64,000 nt of DNA from Octopus vulgaris (lineage: Eukaryota): the NCBI GenBank assembly GCA_951406725.2, contig OX597839.1, forward strand, positions 36,084,001 to 36,148,000. The letters are read 5' to 3'. Made by a program: the position numbers and the translations under genes. This document shows, piece by piece, positions 50,834-64,000 of the stretch; position 1 is the first letter of the stretch; each line of letters starts with the position of its first letter. The notes beneath the pieces were generated by a model. The model worked only from the letters and a program-made list of their open reading frames with translations. It had not been told where the DNA came from and searched no databases.

Positions 50834-52122
50834 GTGTTTGTGTCTGTTCTAATTCGCCTCCACCGCTTGACAACCAGTGTTTGTTTACGTCCACGTAACT
50901 TAACAGTTTAGCAAAAGAGATCGATACAAAACGTACCAGGCTTAAAGAAAATAACACTGGGGTCGATTCATTCGACTGAAAATCAAAGGTGATACCCTAA
51001 CTCGGCCGCAGTCCAATGACTGAAACAGGTAAAAGAAAAAAAATGGATATTTTAAAAATCAGAATGGCTAAGAGGATCCATCCGAGTAAAACAGGAATCA
51101 AGGGGAGATGGGGGGTCCACAGGCAAAAAAAAAATGGCTGAGAATCACTGCTGTATACAATGAATAGCAGCCAAAATACTAATGGTAACCATCCTCAGAG
51201 TAAGAACCATAAACTCCAAATGACTGATGCAAAATAAGTCTGAAATGAAATAATGTTTCCGTTTTCGTTTTCTAGCTGTGTTATTTATCCTCAGTAAAAA
51301 AAAAACAACAGAAAACTTAGGACAATGGAAAATAATGTGTATGTTATTCCAAAAGAAACTATAATAATCATCGTCGATAACGACGAAGGATCTATTTGAC
51401 TTTTTGTGTGAGAGGAATGCTTGTGTTTGAGTGAGAGAAATAGTGTGTATGTGTAAGTATGAGAGAGACAGGTGTGTATGTGTGTGTGAGTATTTGCGGT
51501 GTCGTTTGTACATGTAAAATATGTGGCGTGTATATGTCCTTGTGGTAGGAATATATACGCATCACATAGGTGTGTATATATATACGAGTGTGTGTATGTC
51601 GTTTGTCTGTGCATGTAAAATATGTGGCGTGTATATTTCTTTGTGGTAGGAATATATACGCATCACATAGGTGTGTATATATATATGAGTGTGTGTATGT
51701 GATATGTCGTCTCTGTTTGTGTGTATTATTGATACCATAACCTTCAGTTAACCGACCATTCTAGAATGTTGTGGATGTGTTCAAGGCAGAGAGAGAAAAA
51801 CAGAGAGAGAAAGAGGAGGAGAATACTAACGGCTTCCAAACGAAACCGAGGAGGAAGGAGAGAAAACCAGAATAATTAATGGAAGAGAAGATAAGGAGAG
51901 AGAGAGAGGAAAGTTGTAAAAATAGCCTGCAGTAACTTCACCAGTCTGTGTTGTGTGCGTAAGGGAGGGAGGGGGAGTAAAAGAGAGAAGTGTGTGAGAG
52001 AGAGAGAGAGAGAGAGAGACTGAAGGAATCAGAGCGAGAGAGGTGAATAGTAATGGTTTCCAATAAAGAGAGACAGAATGAAGAAGAGACAGGGAGAATA
52101 ATTAAAGGATCACAACAACTGA

Positions 52123-52154
<32 letters not shown>

Positions 52155-52963
52155 TGAGAGAGAGAGAAAGAGGGAGAAAAAGAGATAGAGACGGGGTAAA
52201 TAGAGAGGAAGTGAAATGCTATATAACCTTCAATAGAGAGAGACAGACGGACGATATAAGGGAGAGAGAGAGAGAGAGAGAGACAGACATATAGAAAAGC
52301 CGAAAGAGAGTCAGACGGGAGAGAGAGAGAGACAAGTAGAAGACAGATAGAGACGAGTAGAAGAGAGAGGCAGATATATAAGAGAAAAACAAAAGAGGGA
52401 TGGACGGAGACGAGAGAGATAAAAGAAAGAGAGGGAAAAGAGTAAGAAAGAAGATGGGGAGGAGGGGAAGACGAGAGAAAATATTAATAGCTTGGAGTAA
52501 AGTAAAAAAATGTTTCTGCCATCACGTCCATTTGTGTCTTTTGTATGAGTTCACATCAGATTAAAAAGTCACGTTTAGAAAACATGCTTGCATTTCGAAA
52601 TGGAAAACGGAACATATAAGATTAAATGAAATAAAAGTAAAAATAAAGATAAAAATTGGATGGAGTGGAGGGGGGGGAGAATGGCGGATGATGGGATAAG
52701 GGACAGGGGTGTTTGGGGATTAGGAAGAAAGCAACAAGAAAACGAAGGAAATAAATGTAACTAATAATAATAATAATAATAATAATAATGCTAAAAAAAT
52801 AGAACTCAATCATTCTCATTCAGGTAATTATATCCAAAGTAAGAGGAAAACAAATTAAAAACTAAAGAAGAATAGAGAGAGAAACGTTAAAAAGAAGGAA
52901 GAAAATGGCGACGGTAGAGATGGATGGATGGAACAACGAGGGAGACAGAGAGAGAGAGAGGGT

Positions 52964-52997
<34 letters not shown>

Positions 52998-53239
52998 GAA
53001 AGAGAGAAGGAGTACGAGAGAGAAGGACGTTGTATCAGCCAGCCCACATATGTACATAAATGCTAACTGGCAGCAAAATAGCTATCTAAATGGTTCTCAA
53101 CAATTAATGGTAGACCGAGCTAACAGCTAAGAAGTATTAAGAGCCAGCTGCTACAACCTAGCACAGTTCTCACACATGGATGGCGGCATATAAACACACA
53201 CACACACAAGCACATACATGTATATGTATGCAAACACAC

Positions 53240-53294
<55 letters not shown>

Positions 53295-53442
53295 ATCACT
53301 ATTGTGTGGATCAGTGTGTACATGTGTGTATGTATAGGTTTATTTGAGCATACGTATACATACATCTCTCACTCTCTCTCCTCTCTCCATCTCTCTCCAT
53401 GTATATAAACACACTGAAAGCAAATACACCTGGAACACATAC

Positions 53443-53492
<50 letters not shown>

Positions 53493-53529
53493 GTATATAT
53501 GTATATATATATATATATATGTATGTATG

Positions 53530-53576
<47 letters not shown>

Positions 53577-54154
53577 GTATATATATATATATACACACAC
53601 ATAGATACATACATACATATATACATATATATTATACGTGTGCGTGTATAGATTTATAGATAGGTATTATTTTGAATCCAGTGTAACTAAACCACTTCGA
53701 GAGTAATTTTAAACAATTTATCAACTGCAAATTTCTTGCATAAATGAAAGAATTACATACAGTCATCTTCCTCTCTCTTTCTCTCTCTCTCGTTTCCTCT
53801 TTATCTACACACACAAGCACAAATACAAACACATACACACACATCCATCTATGTGCACAGACGAAATGAGATCGACAGAGGTACACACACATTCGTTGAT
53901 ATTGTTTAGCCCCAGGAAAGGCTTGACTGAGCAGACGTTATAGCCTTTTATTCAGATAGGGTTTATTGAAGACAACGTTGTTGCCCAATGTGTTCTGTCC
54001 TTTGTAAGACGATGTGTTGTGGATTGAAGGAAACTTGGTTGCTATTTCTTCCGAATCGACTGACCTCGAAGAGGTTCCGTAGTTACATTTATCAATTTAA
54101 TTCTGGTATCAACCGGGTAGTTTGGTTTATAAGCTTTATATTGGCTACTAACTG

Positions 54155-54363
<209 letters not shown>

Positions 54364-54756
54364 ATACATATGTAAGTGTGTTTGTATAAACATACTAAAC
54401 ATACACACATATATATATAACGCTAAGAATAATATAAAGGAAATTATCTAGTGCACCAAGAACCCTAGTTGCTGCTACCACCACCACTACCATCACCGCC
54501 GCCGCCACCACGTTACAGATTCGTAACCAACAATGCTTAAAACAGCCGAAAATCACTTTTTTAAAAATATTATGGCTCACTAGATCGCTTTCTTCTGTAA
54601 GAACGCATACACACACGCACACACACATGTATACACCTATATGTTATTATTTAAGAGTTTGGTTCGGTTCCGTGCTACTTCAAGTTTCGCAGGCCCCTAA
54701 CGGGAGCCGCATCTATATGTATATATAAATATCTACTTTATCTAACAATATATATG

Positions 54757-54792
<36 letters not shown>

Positions 54793-54898
54793 CATATATA
54801 TATTTGTATATATATACATAAATATATATGTATATATATACATAAATATATATGTATATATATACATAAATATATATGTATATATATACATAAATATA

Positions 54899-54970
<72 letters not shown>

Positions 54971-57643
54971 CACTTATGCATATATTTTCTACATTCTCTT
55001 CTTGTGTGTGTGTTTGTGGTAGTAAAACAATAAAATAATCCATTCTTGTGTGTGTGTGCTATGTTCAAAGATATTTTAAAGCAGTATTTAGTCTCGAGAT
55101 AAAAAAAAACAACAGCTTGTTGTTTGACTTGCTTCCCAGGTCAATCTCCAGATGCGTTCAAAACCCACCAACGCTGGTCATAGATTTACTATTTTCCTTT
55201 CTGTATACCATACGGTCGGTTACATACCAGTCACACACTATTGTACTTCAGTCAGCTCTAGGTTATTCCTACAAATATATAAAACATTTTTACCAGTCAG
55301 TATTAAAGAAAAAAAAATCAATATTCGACGCCATTGTTTCTCTGTTAAATGTACACCCGAGCCACGCCATGTAAACGTGTTATCTTGAAAAACCTATTTC
55401 TGCCGCTCGCCCACACATCAGCATCATCTTATATTAGTTTTCGTCTTCGTTTCACCTCCACTTCAATTTATACTGTCAATGTAGTTGGAATATTAGCTTC
55501 CGACTTAATATTGTTGTTGTCTCTTCTTCACAAATCACCATCATTGACAGAGTTCACAAAAGCACACCAACTTGCAACGTGCAAACACACACACACACAC
55601 ACACATTCATAGACACATATATGCATTTTTGTGTATATATGTGTTTTTGTATGCATTTGTATATGTATTGATAGTGTTCATAAAAGCACACCACTAGCAA
55701 CATGCTATACATAAAGTATGCACATAAACACACACATATTTGTGTGTACGTAAGAGTGTTTATGAATACGTATGTATATCTAAATGCCTGTGAGGGCATG
55801 TTTACATACGCACAGATATATAGATAAACACATACACACATATAGATAGCTAGGTAGATATTAGATAAAGATAGGAACGTATATGTGCATATATTGATAG
55901 AAGTACACCAGTTGCAACGTGCCATAATACAGACACATGAGGCCACGAACACACTCTCAAACACATGTATGCATTTGTGCGCGTGTGTGTGTGTTTATAC
56001 GTGTCTATATAACTCAATGTACACGTCAACTATGCAGCCATGATTGAAAGGCAATTCTGATTTAAGCTGGCTGTAAAAACAACAACAGCAGCAATAAAAA
56101 GCCAGAATAAAAACAACAGGGACAGGCAACAACAACAACAACAACAACAGCTGCAGCAACAACAAATGCGAGAGTAACAACTGCAACAACGATAGCAGCA
56201 GCAGCAGCAGCCGAAGCAGCAGCACTATAAACCTAGTTATAACAACAACCGAAGCAACAATAACAAAAGCGGGAATAAGAACAACAACAGCAGCAACAAC
56301 AACAACAGTAGCAGCAACAACATGGTCAAAGAAAACGACTTGTCTCGAGATTATGACATGTCACTTCCTGTTGTAAATCGCTGGGTAATATAAGCAGCGG
56401 GGGGGGGGGAGTAAATGGCTGGGTAATGTAAGGCAGAGTCGGAGAGGAATGTAAAGTGATTGAATTGGAAGGGCAGCAGGTGGAAAAGGGGTTTTTGATG
56501 TTGCTAAGTGATCGCATAATGTATTGTGAGTGTATGTGCGGGTGAAGTCGATAAATTACGCACGCACAAAAACACACACACACACGAATGCAATTGAAAA
56601 TATTTTGTGATTGTAAGTTCCCTCCACTACACACACACATACATATATATAGCTAGAGATAGAGAGAGAGATTTGAAGCGTTCATTGTTATCTAAAAGGC
56701 TTCGGTCAAAAGTAATTTCAATAAGCAACTTCTACCCCAGTCACGTGTGTATACATGCATGTATGGGATCAAGTAATCTATACATACATACATACACACG
56801 CACGCACTTATTTTTATGTATATGTACATACACACATTTAGTTTCACTGTGAAATTAGGGCCCATGATAGCCCTTTTCAGCACTAGGATTGCTGTTAGAA
56901 CCTTATCAACTCTTATTACTTAAAGCGACCCTTTTACGCCGCTCTACCACCACCACTACCACTATTTCCAGGCCCTTTGCGTTCTGAATTTAAATGTTGC
57001 TGAGGTCGACTTTGTATTCACCATAGCGGGTTCAATAAAACAAGTACCAGTTGAGAACTGGAATCGATGTACTTTCACTTCGCCTTCCCTCAACATTACT
57101 GGTCTTGTGCCAAATTTAGAAAGAATTACAAACATACATGCCAGATTCACTCACAAAGCAGTAATCGACTCTGGGCAACAGGAAAAGACGCGCGCGCCTT
57201 AGCTGCTGCGCAGTAGAGCAGGACCAGGCATCACGTGGTTGTGAGGCGAACTTTTAATCATACAGCCATACTTGCGCCTACTTTTAAAGAGGGTTTATTT
57301 TAAAATTACAGTCCATAGTCGTAATCTACTTAAGACCCAGCGATGTGTCCACTGCTGGCACGCATCACAAGATGCATGGACAAGACACAAACACTTATTT
57401 ACATTCTAATAACCTGCAGCTCCTATAGTCGGCGGTTTGAAAATGGTGGTAGTGGTGGTGGTAGAGCAAGTTCCTGGCTGTGATCAAAAACCTTCGATAA
57501 GAAATTTGCACGCTTGATATGATCAAAAGCTTTGCTGATGGCAAGGGTAATAACATCGCTTTCACTCAATATCTCCGAGATAAAAGCCCAATGGTGATGA
57601 CAGAGGAGAGTGGGTCTCCAATGGAATCTGGCTTTACGAAACC

Positions 57644-57874
57644 TATTTCTTTATTGCCCACAAGGGGCTAAACACAGAGGGGGCAAACAAGGACAGACAA
57701 CGGGATTAAATCGACTACATCGACCCCAGTGCGTAACTGGTACTTATTTAATCGACCCCGAAAGGATGAAAGGCAAAGTCGACCTCGGCGGAATTTGAAC
57801 TCAGAACGTAGCAGCAGGCGAAATACCGCCAAGCATTTCGCCCGCCGCGCTAACGTTTCTGCCAGCTCGCCGCC
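57644..57874 (-). mobile_element. SINE family B monomer
   Basis: Full head to tail, with TSD tttacgaaacc (57633-57643 / 57875-57885). Confidence 0.92.
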
Positions 57875-58634
57875 TTTACGAAACCGTACTGGTGGTCGTT
57901 AAGGAAAGAGCATGTGGAGTAGGAGCGTAGCAAGGTGGGGGTGGAATTTTGGGTCTTCTGTAAAAGCTTGTACAGGTGGCGGCGCACAGTTTACATCACT
58001 ATCACTGAAGTAGAACCTTCTTGGTAGGTTCCAGTGATATTCAGTGAATGTTGTTGTTATTGATGTTGTTGCTGTGGTGGTGGTGGTGGTAGCAGCGGTG
58101 GCGGTAGTGGTGGCAGCAGCGGTGGCGGCGGCGGTGACGGTGATTCCATAACCTCGGGCAAATTTTCATTGAGCAAGCATATGATGAAAGGCATTCCAGA
58201 ATTTCTCTTTCCGGGATAGTGTATCAAGGATCACACGATCTAATAATGTCGTTCCTTTTACTTTTTTTTATGTTGGTATTGTGCTTCTCTCAAGGAGATT
58301 TGGCTGCTATTTCTAACAGATCGAACGACCACCAAGAGAGGACTCCCGTATCGGCTCTGGAAACAGCCACAGTCTACTGGCTTGGAATCAGTTACTCAAG
58401 CTTCTATTTTTCCTTTTATTTTCACAGCGTTCATACGACACACACACACTCGTACCTTCACGAACACACAAACACCTTGAGTGGAAAACCTTGAACTCTC
58501 TCTGACACATATAGATTTAGACGCACAGTTACATATAGGACACAAACACACAAACACGCACACACTGCTAACACAAACACATACGTGCACACACACCATT
58601 ATCACCACAACCATCACCACCACATCCATTGCCT

Positions 58635-58695
<61 letters not shown>

Positions 58696-59035
58696 CGCTA
58701 CTGCTACTACAGCCACCAAAAGAAAAAGACAACAGCACAGACACCCACCCAACTACACAACCACATCGCCGCCACACATTACATTAAACAACGTTCATTT
58801 TCCACAGAGGTTTTATGAAAGACCATTGAGTTGCTGCCATGAATATTTATTAGTAACAGTATTCAATAAATATTTTATACAATCATGGTCATCCATATTT
58901 ATGAACTGGTACAAAAATAGGTTTCTCCCTCTCTCTCTCTCTTTCTCACTCTTTCTCTCCCCTCTGTAATAATGACGAGTAGCGTGGTATGTAACTCTAT
59001 CGATTGATGTGTGCCAATAAATCGTGTGTTTATGT

Positions 59036-59076
<41 letters not shown>

Positions 59077-59477
59077 CACATGCGCGCTCATGAGGGTGTG
59101 TGTTCATGCGTTTGTTTATGTTACGTGAATTGATGTGCAGTAACTTAGCCATTCGGCAAATAGTCCTTTACGAAGTAAGTTCTAACCTCTGGTGCTCCAG
59201 CATGGCCGCAATCTAACTGCTGAGTTCAATAGAAGTCTAAGAGAAAAGAATACAGCAAATATTGTATACGTGCATACCTACACACACCCCCACACATGCA
59301 AGCACCCCCACACACAAAAACACACATACACACACTCACACACACATGGAAAGACCCCCCCACCCACAAACACACACACACACACACACGTATATGGTTC
59401 AAAGTTATACAAAAAGATAAGACAGGTGAAAGACCAGTAAAGATGTATTAGTTTGACGCTTCGGGAAAATGGATGAA

Positions 59478-59516
59478 GATTTTGACGTTTCCAGTCTACG
59501 CTCTTTTAGAAAACGG
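59478..59516 (-). ncRNA. Decayed H1 hammerhead-like motif (element ~59395-59575)
   Basis: Minus strand gtttt-ctaaaa-gagc(gtag)actg-GAAA-cg-TC-aaaat, with H1 tail cccgaagcgtcaaactaataca. Confidence 0.4.
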
Positions 59517-59623
59517 AATGGGGAGAGAAAACAGAAAAACAAAGAGACGTGCCTGGATTAACGATTGCACGTGTTGAATGTGTGTGTATGTGTGTATTCA
59601 AGCATATACATACACACACACAC

Positions 59624-59672
<49 letters not shown>

Positions 59673-59754
59673 CATATATAGAAAGAGAGAGAGAGAGTGG
59701 TACCGGATCAATTGAAACTGATTATTAAAAATGAGTTAAATACTTACTTTGTCT

Positions 59755-59789
<35 letters not shown>

Positions 59790-59829
59790 GTACACTCACA
59801 TTAATAAAGAAACATGCACACATGTTCGT

Positions 59830-60048
59830 TTAACAAACCAGCATCGGTTGTCATGCGATGTTGGGGGGGGGGACAAACACAGACACATAGACACACACAC
59901 ATACGACGGGCTTCTTTCAGTTTCCGTCTACCAAATCCACTCACAAGACTTTGGTCGGTCCGAGGCTATAGTAGAAGACACTTATCCAAGGTGCCACGCA
60001 GTGGGAATGAATCCACAACCATGTGGCTGGTAAGCAAGCTACTTACCA
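59830..60048 (-). mobile_element. SINE family A, 5' portion
   Basis: Matches the family head and body. Confidence 0.85.
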
Positions 60049-60090
60049 CGAGGACAGGTTATTAGTTTGACGCTTCGGAAAATGAAAAAG

Positions 60091-60128
60091 TATTTTACGT
60101 TTCGAGCCTACGCTCTTCCACGGAAAGG
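60091..60128 (-). ncRNA. H1 hammerhead-like motif (element ~60055-60180)
   Basis: Minus strand ccttt-CCGTGGA-A-gagc(gtag)gctc-GAAA-cg-TA-aaata. Confidence 0.55.
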
Positions 60129-60345
60129 AATAAGAGAAAATAAACAGAGAAAACGAAAAAAACTTGTAGATTTCGCGAAGTATATATATGTATATATATA
60201 TATCTCATTTTTGTATCTGGTTTGCAAGATTTTTTATGTGAATTCGCGTGTTGAAGCATATTTTATTGTGCCTGGGTAGAGTCATTCTGTTTTAATGCCT
60301 TATTAATTAACACACACACCAGTTCGATTTCCACTTATTTTTTTT

Positions 60346-60458
60346 CCTAAAATTTTCGTTCTTTCTTGCAATCTCTCCAATAGTCGTTGACCCGGTTCGA
60401 TTTCCACTTATTTATTTTTTCTAGAATTTTCGTTGCTTCTTGCAACCTCTTCAATAGA
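60346..60458 (-). ncRNA. Tandem pair of minimal hammerhead-like motifs (family H2), 74-bp period
   Basis: 60420-60458 minus strand reads tcta-TTGAAGA-g-gttgc(aagaa)gcaac-GAAA-at-TC-taga. 60346-60384 is a decayed sister copy. Confidence 0.6.
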
Positions 60459-60553
60459 CGTTGACACTGTGGCAATCGAACCGCCGAGTGTGTTAATTAA
60501 TAAGGCATTAAAACAGAATGCCTCTCGCTAGACACAATAAAATTATATATATA

Positions 60554-60709
<156 letters not shown>

Positions 60710-60800
60710 TATACGGAGAATTAACACACAGAAAAAGACGAAGACGAGTGGTGTAGACAACAAATAGATGTATTAGTATAACGCCCGGGAAGTGAAAAAG

Positions 60801-60838
60801 TCTTCAACGTTTCGAGCCTACGCTCTTCCACAGAGAGG
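60801..60838 (-). ncRNA. H1 hammerhead-like motif (element ~60715-60880)
   Basis: Minus strand cctct-CTGTGGA-A-gagc(gtag)gctc-GAAA-cg-TT-gaaga. Confidence 0.55.
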
Positions 60839-60885
60839 AACACAGAAAGAAACAAGGAGAGAAAATGGAGAATGTGTAGTGTGTG

Positions 60886-60924
<39 letters not shown>

Positions 60925-61871
60925 CTATATATACTAACAATATAGGATGAAGTCCCTTTCTCTACAGAAAAGGATTCCATCAGAAAGCGTGGCAGTATAT
61001 TAAAAAAAAACCTTTACGGTCGAAGTATAAATGTTTATATATATATATACATGGCGGGCTTGTGTATAGGTGTGGGACTGAACCCGAAACTACTAAACGG
61101 GAACAGTTGCAAAGCGAACCGCAGTCGTGAGTGTGTGTGTGCGTGCGTAAAACATTTCGCCTGTGTTTCATTTCATGCGAATGTTTACGAACAATATGTT
61201 TTGATTCAGCTTTATGTTTATAGCTAACATTCATTCACTTTTTCTCTCTTTCGTCTTCTGAGCCACTTTAAGACTTGTACACATCCATATGCATTATTGT
61301 ATACGGTTACAGTATGGCATTACACGTCACCATACACGCATACCTACTTAAGTGTATTTCTGTGTTAGAATCGAGGCATTATCGTTGATAGTATAGAAAT
61401 AGTATGGTTTAGTATTGTATGAATAGAAATAATAAAAGCAGCAATAGAAGCTAGTAAATAGAAATAAGGTGGGGAGGGCGTTAAGTTCAATTTCTAACAG
61501 CCGTCGTTTCTTCCACCTCCGCCATTGCATTTCTAGTAATAACGACCCATACCTCACTCATCGTCTCCTGCCTTGGAGAGAAGCTCAAGGGAGAGAGAAG
61601 GTACAGAGACGGCGGTTAAACTATAATATAATCAGGGAGCTGAAAGTAGAGGAATGCGGAGGAGAAGGAGAAAGAGGAGGAGGAGCATAGAGAGTCAGAA
61701 AGTAGGACATTCTGTCAGTTCCCGCTTTCTTTTTCATCTTTCAATCTGTTGGTAATTTTGATGTTGCGAGCTTTTTCTTCTTTCAATCTGCACATTTTTA
61801 TTAAAACCACAGGTTGATGTGACGAGAATATTAATATACATTATTATATTATTATAATACGCTGTATTTTA

Positions 61872-61904
61872 ATCTATCTGTCTATCTATTTATCTATCTA
61901 TCTG

Positions 61905-62000
<96 letters not shown>
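61872..62000. repeat. (TATC)n microsatellite
   Basis: Directly visible. Confidence 0.97.
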
Positions 62001-62039
62001 GTCACACTATAAACTCACGCACAAATACACATAGATGAA

Positions 62040-62076
<37 letters not shown>

Positions 62077-62097
62077 TGTGTTTACGTATATATTATA

Positions 62098-62457
62098 TAC
62101 TTGTTTCAGTCATTTGACCGCGGCCATGCTGGAGCACCGCCTTTAGTCGAGCAAATCGACCCCAGGACTTATTCTTTGTAAGCCTAGCATTTATTTTATC
62201 GGTTTCTTTTGCCGAACCGCTAAGTTACGGGAACGTAAACACACCAGTATCGATTGTCAAGCTATGTTGGGGGTGGGACACAAACATACACACACACATA
62301 CACATATACGACGGGCTTCTTTCAGTTTCCGTCTACCAAATCTACTCACAAGGCTTTCTTTGGTCGGCACGAGGCTATTTTAGAAGACACTTGCCTTAGT
62401 TTCCACGCTGTGGGACTGGACCCGAAACCATGTGGTTGGTAAGCAAGCTACTTACCA
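62098..62457 (-). mobile_element. SINE family A
   Basis: Matches the family from the tail to near the head. Confidence 0.88.
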
Positions 62458-62948
62458 AGTATGTATACATACACACACACATATATATATATGCGCAGAC
62501 AAAAGCATGTGCATATATGTATAAAATACATACATATACACACATGTATGTATTCTTCGTTCGTATGATGCTTAGCACCCAAGGTACCGTTCAAAACATT
62601 ACGATCTCCAATTCTTCCCAGAAAATTGGTCCTATGTAGTCCCTCTTCCACACATCCTTTTTTTTTAAAGAGGAGCGTTAAGGGGCCAGACGGCATCAAG
62701 TCTACCCAAAGCCATCCATATGTAGCCTTCCTGCAGATGGTAGCTAATACATAAACATACATACACCCAACTTTCTCTCAATATATGTGTGCGTATGAAT
62801 GTATATATATATATCTACATATACATATATATACACACCCATTTTATTAAGCCGAAAATTCAAATGTTACAGTTACATGTGACCGTTCGTCAGACAGTTG
62901 TGATAATAGAGAATAATGAAATTTATAAATTGCACAATTGCACGTGCG

Positions 62949-62988
<40 letters not shown>

Positions 62989-63263
62989 CTTGTGTAGGAT
63001 CTTTTCCTAGAAATTGTGTTGAAAACTGCCGTTCAAAAGGAAAGGATCCCGTGTGTATATATATATAATATACATACATATTATTTGAATATATTATATT
63101 TATATCATATATACGCGCTCACAATATATACATTTATTTTTTAATCTATGGAAACTTATACAAGGTCGAGTCTTGGGCATGGTATTTCTGTATGTAACTC
63201 GGCTTTTAAATCATTATGTAGTCGTGGTTTGTAAATATTCCATCGTTAGACTTTTCTCATATA

Positions 63264-63328
<65 letters not shown>

Positions 63329-63536
63329 GATACTAAATAACGAAGGAGTATAGATTGCTTCCGTTTGAATGTACAAGCGTACGCGTATATACATATAGAT
63401 TTAAAAAAAAACAAGTACTAAGGTCCGATTGTTGTAGTTGAAACCCTTCAGGGCAGTGCCCCAGCATGGCCACAGTCCAATAATGGCTGGAAAAAGTAAA
63501 AGTTAAAGCAGAGACATGGAATGAGTCAAGTATGTG

Positions 63537-63574
<38 letters not shown>

Positions 63575-64000
63575 CACATGTATATGTGTATGTGTATATA
63601 TTTAAATATATACAGAGAGTAATATGTGTATATATACATGTGTGTGTGTGTGTGTGTGGCTGTTTGTCTCTGGGAGCGAGTAGGGGGTGTCTTCTACATG
63701 CGTTTATATTTAATCTTTATACGGCAATAAACACACACATATACATCCAGAGCAATGTGTATGTGTGTATGCATACATATGTATATATACATACTGTAGA
63801 AGGATATGATAAACAACTGCCGTAGAAGTGTGTGTGTGTGTGTATAATATATGTATATATATATATGTATGTGTTCCTATGTGTGTGTGTGTGTGTGTGT
63901 CTATATATGCGCGTGCTTGTGTGAAGACAGCAGATGGCGAAGTCAATAGGAATGTGTAGTAGTAGTAGCAGCAGTAGTAGTAGTAGTGGTGATAATGGTG

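Noticed and set aside
51510-51700. Short tandem duplications (~103 bp here; also 10878-11061, 8150-8280, 10223-10340)
   Set aside because: Ordinary local slippage or duplication next to microsatellites, with no further structure.
54670-54715. Minus-strand hairpin plus GAAACTTGAAGTA, resembling the 3' half of a hammerhead
   Set aside because: The CUGANGA and stem I 5' strand are missing. It may be a truncated relic but cannot be supported.
62680-62720. KGPDGI peptide resembling the LINE RT-proximal motif
   Set aside because: The surrounding residues do not continue the LINE pattern.

Overview
An AT-rich, repeat-dominated stretch of animal nuclear DNA. The SINE families and the extreme microsatellite density look most like an octopus genome (inference). 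I recognise no intact host protein-coding gene, and almost all listed ORFs are translations of microsatellites or SINEs. Recognisable content: (1) a decayed Penelope-like retroelement with RT and C-terminal GIY-YIG, probably Naiad clade, at ~5.05-6.87 kb; (2) dozens of tRNA-derived SINEs from at least five families; (3) RTE and CR1/Jockey-group LINE 3' fragments; (4) two mariner transposase relics and possible Merlin transposase relics; (5) several MITEs with readable TIRs/TSDs; (6) many micro- and minisatellites. The most interesting unexplained signal is about ten minimal type-I hammerhead-ribozyme-like motifs. Seven belong to one dispersed ~150-200 bp microsatellite-flanked element, and its five best-preserved copies have an atypical core (CUGUNGA-A; U in place of the conserved A6). 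A divergent copy shows compensatory changes in stem II. Two more motifs form a tandem pair inside an inverted-repeat structure, and one solo motif has a canonical CUGAUGA core. A second notable signal is a SINE that forms head-to-tail 184-bp multimers with the same precise junction at two loci. All calls were made by eye; no database searches were possible.
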